DNA of 57,381 bases from Catajapyx aquilonaris (taxonomy: Eukaryota): the NCBI GenBank assembly GCA_000934665.2, contig KZ539334.1, forward strand, positions 1 to 57,381, written 5' to 3'. The position numbers and the translations under genes were made by a program. The notes under the pieces were generated by a model. The model worked only from the letters and a program-made list of their open reading frames with translations, was not told the origin of the DNA and made no database searches. Positions 28,301 through 39,000 of this stretch are shown here, one piece after another. Every line of letters starts with the position of its first letter. Positions within the stretch are counted from its first letter, which is position 1.

Positions 28301-31300
28301 GGTCATTCTTGGACTTGCAAAAGAGGCCCTCACCAGTAATGAACTCCGCATGCGAAACCGATAATGAAAGGTAGAGAGAGCTGGCGGGGTCCTCTCCCAA
28401 TCAGAGTCTGTCGCCTCCGGGGAAGTCCCGGCTACTTCCTCCCGCCGACTAATTTGACAAGTCCGGGTACTGGCTTGCCTGGGGAGCTTTAATTTACGTG
28501 ATGATTGCATTTAGGCCGGTATTGCAGCTGGAACCGTGTCAATCAACCCGGGTGGAAACGATACCCGGATTTCATCCGGTGCTAATGCAATCACTCGAGT
28601 GCTGGTGCTGCCGTGGCCATTTTTGCCACAGTTTCTCCATTAGCTGCATGGGTTAGATGCGCTGCTATTACATGAATTATGCATTCAAAAGTTTGCCAGG
28701 ATTTTTTTTTTTTTTTGGGACACATGCAGAGTCAAAAAACGCATCTTTTGTTGGATGGCTCTGAAAAAGCTCATGCGAATTTTGCACGTTTGTAAATTGT
28801 TTGCAGTTGAGTAGAAATTGATAATTTTAAAGCTCGGGTGTCATTAATCACAGTAATTTAACGCTGAGCGATGGCGGATTTTGGGCGATCATATGAAGCC
28901 CCCGAAGAGGGAGTCTGTAAACGCCCATGTTGATGTGTAATTATAATAATTAGCAGGGTTCGCGTGGTGCATGACGTTGCTGACAGCTTTCGCAACAGGA
29001 GCCTTGCGGTTTCGGTGCCAATTTGTCATATCCGGACGTTGGGTGGGGGTGGGAGGTGGGAGGGTATGAGCTGGTGCAAATCCGCATCCGAGCGCATTAC
29101 ACCCCGGATAATATTCGCCCTTTATTTGGAATTTGATATTCGCAGTAATGTAACCGGAAATTAACTGGGGAGAATTCGATTAGTGGATTTGGGACCGCAC
29201 CCTTTGGGGGCGAGGTAAAATGAAATCTAATTTTTCACCGACACGTGGATGGTAATACGCGTTTCACAAGTGATGGGCCGCTGGGTCAAGACGCTTGCGC
29301 AGAGCTAGCTCACCATTTCAGGACTAAAGTATGGTGGGCATACAAGATAAATCCACTAACAAGTAAGTCCAATATTGGCGTCTAAAGACTCATAATGAGC
29401 CAGAAAGCCATGATTTTTTGTCGAACCTGAAAGTTTTTAATGTTGAATTCTGGCAGTATACGTAGGAAGATGTTGCTAACCCACCCATTGCAGTGTGACC
29501 CCAGTTTGAAATCCCATCCAAGCAATTTGGATGATGACTCACATTTCCACAAAAACACGTATCGTCAGACGATTTTCTCCCTGCCCTTCTCCACCCCCCG
29601 GCACCCTCTATTGCAATTTCGTCGTTGCCCACGAGGCTCGATTGGAATCGGGGATCTCCCTCTTCCCAAGTGCAAATCTCCCAGTTTCCCCCGACTACAT
29701 ATTTGGCAACAAGGCTCTGATCTCCCTCGATACTGTCCCTCATCGTGTAGCTAAACAAGCCTGGGCTCTCCTGAAGGCAAATTGACGCTTAATGGAGAAC
29801 TTTATCTGGCAGTGCAAGCTTCTTCTCCTTCCAGTTGGCCAAATATGGCAGGGGCTTCTTTCCCTAAGGCCATTCGACTTATTGGCAGAGATGCGCGGCT
29901 AATAAATAAGCTCCGGATAAATTAGGCCCCGGGGACCCACCGGGATATGAACCCCTGCCATGGGGAAATAATTACTTTTCAGGCCGGACTATTGTAGCTA
30001 TGTGGATGGGGGGGAGAGGGTAGGAGATATTTTTTGGCGGATTTTTTGTAATCTGCATAATCGGTTTATGTTGTTAGGAGGTGGCAGCAATTGAGAGTTC
30101 ATTAATAAGGGCTTAACGTGAGCTGCGGTTTGAAATACATCGAGTTGGCAGTATCGCACTTAAGTTTCAAAATTCGATATCAAACCCCTCCGGGTTATGA
30201 GTCACCCAACATTCCTGTACAAAGCAGCTGCAGTTCGGCAATATCGCCAGGACAAAAGAAAACACGGTTGGGAGTCCACTGCAATTTATGACCTCGCCCA
30301 TCTGCGACCCTGCATAATGCCAGCCTCCAGTTGAAACATTACGTAGTGGGGGCGGATATCAGCGGGGTGTCGTCAAATTATACAATTATTTCCAGGCCTT
30401 AATCATAACTTACTGTGTTTTTTTTACAGAGTGTGCTTCACATGTACAAGTAGCCCTTCTGCTGCAAGAAGGCCTGGCTTTGTATGGGTTGAGCCACAAG
30501 AATATCCTGTCCGTGTATGGGGTGTCCGTGGAAGACAAGGTTCCGCCTTTCCTTCTGTACCTCAACCAGGGATACACCAATTTGAAGAGGTTGGTGTTGC
30601 ATGCGTGCCAGATGGCTGGGGTTTGAAGTGCAGCATGAGAGCGGGGACCCATGTTCCGATACGTTTCGAGTGTTTTTTGGTGGAGGCTAAAGAGGCGCCT
30701 AGGGAAACCTCCCGGATGCTTCTGAAGGGGGCCATTGCATGAATAAAAGGGGCTTCTTCTTTGCCACACGTGCTGGCATAGAGGAAATTTTCTGCCTCGT
30801 TTAATTTCTCAGAGTTATGACTTTCAGCGAAAAAATTAATATTCGATATATCTGCCTGTATGACAAATGTATCGATAGAAATATCGTACAGTAGCGGGTG
30901 CAAAAAATGGCAACCCTGTCTGGAAAACATGGCGGCCGTGCTTCATCTCGAGTACGGTCTCGCACTTATGTCATTAGCAAAAGCATGCTGATTGCCGAAG
31001 AGCGACGACCCCCTTCCACTTGTGGAAGTGTCCGGGAGCACTTTGGCAAATCGCTTCTATAGAAGCGCCCAACCAAGACAGCCCTCTCTTTTTGTGTGGG
31101 CTCCAACTTGTTTCAACTGCATAATTTACATTCGACTTGGCCAAGAGCCGCGCTTCAAAAATTTTTTGTGTGTGTTAAACCAAAAGCGGCCGAGTAGCCA
31201 GTGGTGCAAACACCTGACATAAAGGGCATGGGAGTGGAACACGAGCTGCACAAACTGTCCCTGCAACGCATGCTGTGTTTGCTCTGTGCCCAAAAATGGT

Positions 31301-33942
31301 GGGAAACTACCCACCGGTTTATGAGTGGCAACTTTAGATTGGAGTCCAGGACAAAGTGTGGCTCGTAAGTGCCAGTGTTGGAGAAGTAACCCTATCCGTA
31401 CCACGCCAAATGGTCCGGAGGGTGTCCTCCGCATCAATCACGGATGAGGCTTTACTTTTACGACCAGACAAATGGGCACTGCAGACTTGCTGACGCTTCT
31501 TGTTGTCGCCGGATTAGTCGTGGCTGGTAATTAAGTTGATAGAAACTGTAGGAAACATCTTGATTAGACAGGGGCTGTATGCACGTTTTTTTTGAACATG
31601 TTGTCATAATAATGTGGAGGAAATTGAAATGTCTGGGGGTTGACCATTACACGGATGAACTGAGCGATCTCGAGTGCTGACAGCTTGTTCTTCAGGACGG
31701 AACAGCTGTTTAGTGGTCAGTCACGACCTTGCCAACCGCCCTCAACATCTTCACGCTCAAAAAAACAAACGAAACAAAAAAAAAATCAACAGAAGTTTAA
31801 GGACTGGCTCTGAAGCAGCATACGGTGCGGTTTTTTTTCTCTCCCTGGAGCCAATTAGTAGTCTTGAAATCATAAATCCTATAGCTCCATGGATGCAGCA
31901 ACCTTCCCCACGCAGGTTAATTAGGCAGGCCGTATTTTTTCATGCGGATAGTTTTTTTCTTTTCTTTTTTTTTTTGGAAGGGTCGTTAGATATGAACCGG
32001 TGTTTCTTTTAGTAGGCTATGTTTAGTTCTTCGAGTGGGTTACCTCTATTAATTTTCAGAGTTAATTAACATGCAGAAGTTGGGCCGGTAAAGTATTCTG
32101 AGCTGAGTAGTACCACAGTGCGGTTACCACTCTGGAAACCGGTTTGGAACTTAACGCGATGAAAATAATTAATGAAATCACACCACAGCAGTCGGTGGAA
32201 GTTGGTCATAAGCCTACAAGGTGTGTCCAGGTTGCTAATAACAACTTGGGTGAATTTTTTTAAAGGTTTCTGGAACAACGCAGAGGATCTCAGGAAGGTT
32301 TGTCACACACCTTGACCACTCCAGAAGTGGTGTCCATGGCCATGCAGGTGATCCAAGCCCTCCAGTTTCTCCTCCGTCGCAAATTGGTTCACCGAGACCT
32401 TGCCGCTCGCAACTGTGTGTAAGTACCACTCATCGCATCAATGCTCACACATACTCATGAGTATTAATATGTCCACCCCTGATGCCATCCATAGGGTTGA
32501 CGAGAACCTGCGCGTGAAGGTGACAGACAACGCACTGTCCAGGGACCTGTTCCCGGACGATTATCACTGCCTGGGTGACAACGAGAACAGGCCTGTCAAA
32601 TGGCTGGCCATCGAGAGCTTGGTACACCGAAAGTTCAGCGAGGCTTCCGACGTGGTGAGTGATCGATGTCACGCATAGATGGGAGAAGGGGGCCGGGTCA
32701 TTATTTGGCACGTTTCGTTGTTTCCACCCCTGTGAATAATGTGGCGAATTTTCTGCACGTTCCCGAGAAATCACAGTCGGTAATGGCCAGCGCCATTATA
32801 TCAGGCAGCACTAAGTAAAGGCAACGCTCTCTCCCCCTAACCCCGTGCGTTATGCATTATCCACAAGCATGCAGAGCCGGTGCTCGCAAATGACAGCCTC
32901 ACACTATCTCCGATTCTTAATTGCTTCCGAAACAACCGTACAAGCCCCCTTGGATAATAACACCGCCGGACGTAATATACGTCAGGGCTGTTGATTCCTG
33001 CATGCAGCATGTTCAGACCCAGGCGTTTATCAAAGCACCCTCATGTAGTTCCAACCGTCCTCCCCCCGGAAATTTGGACCATTAGGAAGCTGACTGGACA
33101 CACCCATCCACCCTTTCTTTGGTATGCCTGATCATTTAGAACCGGGGGTTCTTTGTTTGGACAAGAAGTGGAGGGCCGCTGGATACTTTGCGGTTTTAAC
33201 TAATGGTCACCTGGTAAATATCCAACCCTTACTACCACACGATATATCATGTCGTGCTGACCATGCCCTTGGCACTCACGCAGGTCACAACAGCAAAAGA
33301 TTGGTATGCATTAGTTGCCTATTTGGGTAAAAATCCAAAATATATGCTGTTCCTGAACCCTTAAATATTTTACTGGTCATAAACCTGCGACTACCGGCTG
33401 GAGGGTCCTAGTTTTTGAACAGCTTGCAATTTTCTTCTTCAGTGGTCCTTTGGAGTGTTCCTCTGGGAGCTGACGACGTTGGCACAGCAGCCTTACATCG
33501 AGATTGACCCGTTTGAGATGGCAGCCTACCTGCGTGATGGTTACAGACTCGCCCGACCTGTCAACTGTCCTGAAGCACTGTGAGTATCGATCATGTCAAT
33601 ATTAGAACGGAAAAAAAACATACAATACGGGCTCAATGCCCCTAACGTTTGCAAACGCATCTAGCGATATGTATATAGACATGCTAAATTTTCATGGCTT
33701 TATACAGAGCTAAATCGCGCATGTAAATGCGGCTTATGGCAAACGTTCGCTAGATAAAGCAGGAACGGTCAACACATCCTCGGGGCGAAATTACACACGT
33801 ATTTCAGTACATATTTTACTCCACTTTCAGGTTCACTGCAATGGCTTACTGCTGGGCCATGACCCCAGAGGAAAGGCCGAATTTTGCCCAACTTCACACC
33901 TACCTGCACGGATTTCACCTGGAGTTGTCTCAGTTTGTCTAA
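2261..33942 (+). CDS. Ryk: Ryk/Derailed/Doughnut-family atypical receptor tyrosine (pseudo)kinase, Wnt receptor; spliced CDS join(2261..2372,23444..23571,27026..27438,27551..27769,28166..28278,30430..30589,32266..32418,32495..32654,33443..33579,33831..33942), 568 aa
   Basis: All nine introns are GT-AG with compatible phases and exon lengths sum to 1707 nt (569 codons including stop). The product shows signal peptide, WIF domain, TM helix and a kinase domain with the Ryk-diagnostic DNA-for-DFG motif (TDNALSRDLFP). Which paralog (drl, drl-2, dnt) cannot be decided without a phylogeny. Confidence 0.95.
4190..4365. repeat. Degenerate AT-rich minisatellite (unit roughly AAAATAATTTGATTCGTCTCATATTCGG)
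   Basis: About 7 diverged copies of the ATTCGTCTCA/ATTCGCTTCA/ATTCATCTCA core with variable spacing. Confidence 0.7.
4704..4748 (+). repeat. (GAA)n microsatellite
   Basis: Direct reading. Confidence 0.9.
12365..12425 (+). repeat. Compound pyrimidine tract: poly-C, (CT)n, (CTT)n
   Basis: Direct reading; N at 12378. Confidence 0.9.
14698..14781. repeat. Inverted repeat, 29-bp perfect arms
   Basis: AATTGAATCGGTGATTTTGAAAAGGGCAA (14698-14726) / TTGCCCTTTTCAAAATCACCGATTCAATT (14753-14781); extends 6 bp inward with one mismatch. Confidence 0.9.
19343..19399 (+). repeat. (CT)n microsatellite running into assembly gap
   Basis: Direct reading. Confidence 0.95.
19400..19567. other. Assembly gap (168 N) within Ryk intron 1
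   Basis: Run of N. Confidence 0.99.
22388..22427. repeat. Near-perfect palindrome, 19-bp arms, 2-nt spacer
   Basis: CAACACTGGAATCAACCAC ac GTGGTTGATTCCAGTGTTG. Confidence 0.9.
23444..23571 (+). CDS. Ryk: Ryk exon 2: WIF domain
   Basis: ttcccttgcag| (G)LQAELFYVREGVINEYAMNFVVPIPAPINELHFSWQALSKKP |gtaagt. Confidence 0.95.
27026..27438 (+). CDS. Ryk: Ryk exon 3: C-terminal WIF domain, basic cleavage motif, transmembrane helix
   Basis: cag| IPYITSLEVSNKEALPEPQLNISRTGVVP...FRVLLGCSGAVSAEVDV...FRRKKIC...VFYIAVGCASGLLLLLILILAALYLRNRKTRR |gtatgt. Confidence 0.95.
27551..27769 (+). CDS. Ryk: Ryk exon 4: Ser-rich intracellular juxtamembrane region
   Basis: tttcttgtag| (H)DSRNGSATSQAGHTFLGAEASNHYTSVSSSKSGSGSGSYASFKRLPSYHVSQCTLDDKARDINDTIAELTIE(R) |gtacag; phase 2-2, open frame. 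Confidence 0.9.
28166..28278 (+). CDS. Ryk: Ryk exon 5: kinase subdomains I-II
   Basis: ttccag| CKVRLKSMIHEGTFGRVYRGTFLDDSVELDVMVKTVT |gtaatg. Confidence 0.95.
30430..30589 (+). CDS. Ryk: Ryk exon 6: kinase subdomains III-V
   Basis: tttttacag| (E)CASHVQVALLLQEGLALYGLSHKNILSVYGVSVEDKVPPFLLYLNQGYTNLK(R) |gttggt. Confidence 0.93.
32266..32418 (+). CDS. Ryk: Ryk exon 7: kinase subdomain VI (catalytic loop)
   Basis: tttttttaaag| FLEQRRGSQEGLSHTLTTPEVVSMAMQVIQALQFLLRRKLVHRDLAARNC(V) |gtaagt. Confidence 0.93.
32495..32654 (+). CDS. Ryk: Ryk exon 8: kinase subdomains VII-IX
   Basis: catag| VDENLRVKVTDNALSRDLFPDDYHCLGDNENRPVKWLAIESLVHRKFSEASDV |gtgagt; follows a 76-bp intron. Confidence 0.97.
33443..33579 (+). 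CDS. Ryk: Ryk exon 9: kinase subdomains IX-X
   Basis: ttcttcttcag| WSFGVFLWELTTLAQQPYIEIDPFEMAAYLRDGYRLARPVNCPEA(L) |gtgagt. Confidence 0.96.
33831..33942 (+). CDS. Ryk: Ryk exon 10 (coding part): subdomain XI and putative PDZ-binding C-terminus
   Basis: ctttcag| FTAMAYCWAMTPEERPNFAQLHTYLHGFHLELSQFV* (TAA 33940-33942). Confidence 0.95.
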
Positions 33943-36045
33943 AAAATTTCCAATGGCCATGATTGGCCTTCTGCTAGTCATGCAAAGACAAGATGAGTGG
34001 TGTTGGATGCTGCTGTACTGATCCAAAGTTCAAGACTACCAAGAAGCGCAACAAGTCAATGAAAAAAAAATACAAGTGACGTGATCAAAGTAGGAGCGCG
34101 AAATATAGCTCACATCACTGCCAGTCGTAGTGCTTGTTGAAAAAAAAATTTATTACTCGATCTGGTAGTGCTCCTGTTTTGGTTGCGATGTACAATCTGT
34201 GTTTCAGCGAACCCCGTGTATAGTAGACCCCTGCGCTGAAGAGCATGTTTTATCCGGCGCGCCGACCTTCGCTACGGTGGGTCAGCGGCGCGTCGTAGCG
34301 GTGAGCCGTCGTCGTGTCACCACATGTCGCGCGGTATGTCGCAACGCTGGCTCGAGATTTAGTTCGATGCCCCCCCCCGNCCCCCCCCCCCCCCCCCAAG
34401 GTATACAATGACAAAAAAGCTTACTAAAATCGTCATCGATAATGCCATCAGACTGGAACCGCTATGGCTTACTTTTTAACAAATTATTTTCTCGCACAGT
34501 GCCAGGCCGTACCAAAAGCCTTATGATGTTTTTACTCAGATGTTAATTAACCTCATTATTTGCAATTATCTTGCGAATGGATTTCCTTTTAATCCAGTTG
34601 GACTCGAGGGGAAAGGCGGACAGAGTCAATTGAAATCAATGGTGTCTTTGAATTATTATATGGAAAGAAGAAAAAAAACGTAGCCATAAGTTCGGAATAG
34701 ACCCGACTTGTGCCAGAAGTTGGGCATGACGATGGTTTACTCCCAGGAAACGAGCTGTAAAATAATAATATTCTTGCATGCATGAAGTCAAGAAAAAAAG
34801 TGAAAAAGTGTCCGGCGGCGGCTGTGGCGCAAGGGTCTAGTGTATAGTTCTAGGAAAGGAAAAAAAGTGGTCATGATCTGTGTATTATAGTAAGTGTATT
34901 TATAAAAAAGAGTGCATGTAAACTTGTAATACATACTCAGGTTTGCACATTTGCAGATTTGTAATCTATCTACTGGGAAACAAGATTCATGTTGTGTATG
35001 CTTAAATAATTGGTGATTATTTATTTTGCCAGATATTCCTTTTCAGCATAAGTCCTAAATCCCTTAGAATGGAAGCATTTCATATCTGACCTCGGCGGCG
35101 TGGCGTGTATAGGCATTCAACCCTAAGATAATGAGATGCATGCCTTTGCAAATTTAATTTAAACGTATGGTATATTTATGCGGCCCCCTTTGTTCTGCGC
35201 TCAATTTTCTTTAATTCAACCTGCAGATAATTAAGCCTATTATCTATAGAGTTACCAGCTTCTAACAAATATTAGATTCGGATATGAACCACTTTATGAA
35301 CTAGGTGCACATTGATTGTCACTAAATTGTAACCAAACTGGATGCGAAAATCTCGTTATGAAATTTTTCTAGTTATCCTCATTGTTGTAGAAGTTGTTAA
35401 CTATATTCATGTACTCTCTTGATCACGCTTGGTGATTTCAGTTCCCAAAAAATATCAATAACTTCATCAAGGTTGACATATGGCCTCTTCCCATACTGAG
35501 TTTGAGTTCATAGAACCGCACCAGTACCTTCCGGTTTCTCATTTTTTTTGTTCTGCGTGCCCCGAAAAGCCTGCTACCGCACTTAATGCTATTTGCGCTA
35601 ACATATGCAAATGGAATTTGGAGCAAGTCGGGGGAGGGCAAAGAGGGTGGGACATTGTTCCAGGGTGCCCAGGGCATGCGTTTCAAGGGGGGAAAAGGGA
35701 GGTAGGGGTCCTCTGCAGGGATCACCTCGCAATTTGGAACTCTGCTGGTGTGAGGGGGGTCTAAGCTGGTGGGGACCCGGACTGTTCAAAGTTAACAAAA
35801 GGACGCAGCTTGCATCCACAAGTGGACATTTGTCATTGAATTGCGACGAGTAAGTTGGTCGTAATTGGATTTCCTCCGAATGGACTTGATGCAAATGTCA
35901 GGTCGACTGCAACTTGCTGGCGCTTGATCCTTCCGTACTTGCTAGATGGTTGCGTAAAAAAAAATCTGCGGATCCTAAAACCACGCCTTCTAAAATCTGG
36001 ATTCAATTAGACTCTAGAAAGGATTCGCACTGACTCACGTTCCGT

Positions 36046-36056
36046 AATAAAATAAA
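36046..36056 (+). promoter_or_regulatory. Candidate polyadenylation signal for Ryk (overlapping AATAAA x2)
   Basis: AATAAAATAAA about 2.1 kb after the stop; first canonical hexamer I noticed downstream. Unverified. Confidence 0.3.
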
Positions 36057-39000
36057 CCTAAGGATAGAGGGGGGCCGCATGGAGAACATCGAATAGCTTT
36101 TTCATTCCCCCCGCCATCTAATTCGGCCTGCATTAATTATGAGAAGGCGCGAATGAAATTAATGAATTGTCTGTTGAAGCCCTGGCCGTATCCCAATGAG
36201 TTGACAGCGGGAAGGCATCTAATGGTTGCCACCCTATGTTAATGCACCGAAGCCCGTCTTAAATGCGAAGCGGTGCGTGAAGACTAGGTCCCGAAATGAA
36301 GTCTGTGTGTGTCGAGAGAATATGTCCATAGTGTCCCTATAGTGCAGAGCTGGAGTCTCATCATCACCGTCGAGAGCTGCCATCCAAAGCTCATTTCGCT
36401 CGTCGGGGGAATCACTAATAAGCTCACCCGTTGCCATGGGAGAACCCCCAAGAAAAACACCCCTTCGCGTTTATTATTCGGACTGGTCGATCTGGTCCCA
36501 GTTCCTCCCTGGTTTGCCATCCGGACTCGAATGAATGCTCATTGGGGACTTGGTCCGATCGTCACACTTCCGTAGGTCCGGCACATATGGACAGATGACT
36601 AAAAGGAGTGTTGAAAAGAGTCGGGCCAGAAATCCAGCCTCAACGGGTCAATATATATTCAGGCACTCCTTTGCGAATATTCCACTCCTGCTTTTGCCTA
36701 TTTGTGTATCGATCCAACGTTTCAATAAGTTGGGTTCCGCACCGATACTGAAGGTTTTCCTTTGTGCCCCGATTATCCAGTGTCCCACTGGAGTACATTG
36801 TCGACTGTACTGTGCCTTCCACATATCCCATGTAATATCAGGCTTTGAAGCTTCTGTTGTAAAAGCCACCAAACTTGTGCAGTACCGGCATGTTTTCCAG
36901 CTTTGATATTCCCTCGCAGTAGCGTCAACACTATACATCAACTTTCGGAAATATTGGAAAAGTTTTGCGATCCTAGGTTTCACATGAGCGATTTCCCTGG
37001 CCCATGTCGCTGGAGCAAACTAACGAATATGCGGTAGTCAAATCACAGCAATGCATTCTATCGACCCATGATGAATGAAAAGAAACAGGGAGGGAGAGTA
37101 AGAGTGACAGCCAGAGATCCAATGCACACAAAACTAGAGAGAAGTAGCGAATAGCGAGCACGTAACAAAAGAGCGGGAGAGTGGAAGAGAGATAGCCAGG
37201 TAGAGATAGAGATGGAAATAGCAAGGGTAATCGATACAACACCAATAAAAATAGCGCGAGACATGTAGCAGCTGACAAGTTATAGTTATATCAAACAATA
37301 CTAAATTAGGAAAAATGGGCATCACCCCACATATTGCATATGTATATACTAATTATATTCTATTATATGAAGTCAAGCGAGTGGTGATATTCCCCTGGCA
37401 TGACAGTTACCAAACCCCGAGCTGGTGGGGTACTTCCCAATGTCCCCGCATGGCCACAACCCGTGTCCTCTGGTTGTGTTATTCCGCGGGCCATGCGTCA
37501 GGACCCAATCCCCCGTCACGGACACTTTCGAACCGTAACAACAACAGCATTGTGGCGGATGACTTAGTGTCCTGGGAAAGCCATTTGTCACCAGCAAGCC
37601 CCGAATCTGAACTGCAGTTTCCCCTACACCCCACACAATACTGGAAGGTCTGACAGGTAAATACGGCTCAAGGAATAATTATCTGGTGACGAACATGGAC
37701 TCGCCCACACTTGTCTTTTTAAAAAATCCCTCTGCATGTAATAAACATGTAAATAACAGAAGAATGAATGAACAAAAGCGGGTTAATTGCATTCATTCCC
37801 TGGCAAGCGGAAACTTGCAAAAGGCCACCGGAGCATCCGAGCGATGTCCTAACTTCAAAGTACCGCTTCCATGATGATGCTCATTCCCCGAGGGGATAAA
37901 AATGTAACGTCCAACATCATAACCGGCGTTTTGACCATCCATATAATGCTGCATATGTCCCCTCGCCCCCCTTTTTCCATCTCGCGCAACCGCACTGTAT
38001 AAATGCAACCCACCTTTTTTTTGAGAGGGGGCCCCCTCTGCCATTATTGTAACTATTCTTCCTGTAATGTTTTCGTGAAAACATGGCGAGTGGACCTCCC
38101 CCACTCTACGCCTCTCGGGCTCGTGGGAACGGAACAGACATTTTTCGGAGGTAGAAAAGAGAAGCCATTTGAGTTCGGGAGGGTAGTTTAGCTGGCTAGC
38201 CCCGATATCCATGGAGGTTAGGGGAAAGATATCCCTCCGGTTTTTCTGAATGTGCCTTTTTCTGTTTCCCCGGAACAGATTTGAGTTGAAATAAGCGAAG
38301 CGTGTGCCATGAAAATCGGCCTGCTTATCACAATGGTCACTAGTGCAGGTTTGATGCTGGTGGTAAACCCGTGCTCGACACAGTGCATGTGACAATGCAG
38401 TGTGAAATCATTGGGAGCTGTCAGTGTCGGAGGCCATCTGTCGAGGGAGGCCAGGCAAAGAAGATGAGTGGGTGGGATGGCAATGCAATTCGGCGGGTGG
38501 CCCAAGCAATGGTCCTGACACAATGGTTCCGTCCCCTCCAGTTCCTCCAACTTGGAGGGGGCAGGAAAGGAGGGAGGGAAAGCTCCATAAGCGCCATTAG
38601 TTTCCTCCGCAGGAGGTCCCCATGGTGTCGGGGATAGGTAATTGTCTTCTTAATGAATAGGGCAGCTTCTGGTGGCCGATCCAAAATGGCCGCCACGGCC
38701 TACAGGTGCCCATTAATAAAGCATCGCGTGATACATCCTGAAGCGTATGCAACCCTTTGGATCCATCCAAATGATTGAGTGTCTAGGGGGGAGCCCAAAG
38801 GGCTGAGAGTGGCCCGTAATGGCTCCCTTCTGCTGGGAAGATCCCAACCGTATAACTGAACTTGAATAAATGTGCTCTCCAATTGCAACGACAATATACA
38901 CCAGCTACCCCCACCCCCCCGGGGCTCCAGATTGGATTAGGGTTAATGTCGTTGTTATGGCCGACTGGCAAGGCTTATGAGTTTCAGATAAGCAAGAGGA

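Noticed and set aside
28041..28510. Minus-strand ORFs of 117-119 aa (similar ones at 26879-27268, 30410-30930, 32445-32774)
   Set aside because: Antisense shadows of Ryk exons.
32231..32265. Alternative upstream acceptor (gtccag|) for Ryk exon 7
   Set aside because: Adds 35 nt, shifting the frame to an early stop; the AAG acceptor at 32265 restores the conserved NLKRFL sequence.
37058..37278. Hydrophobic minus-strand ORFs resembling membrane proteins
   Set aside because: Caused by an AG-rich low-complexity plus strand, possibly a repeat fragment.
37793..38395. Longest ORF in the track (200 aa, minus strand)
   Set aside because: No recognisable domain; composition looks like translated non-coding DNA.
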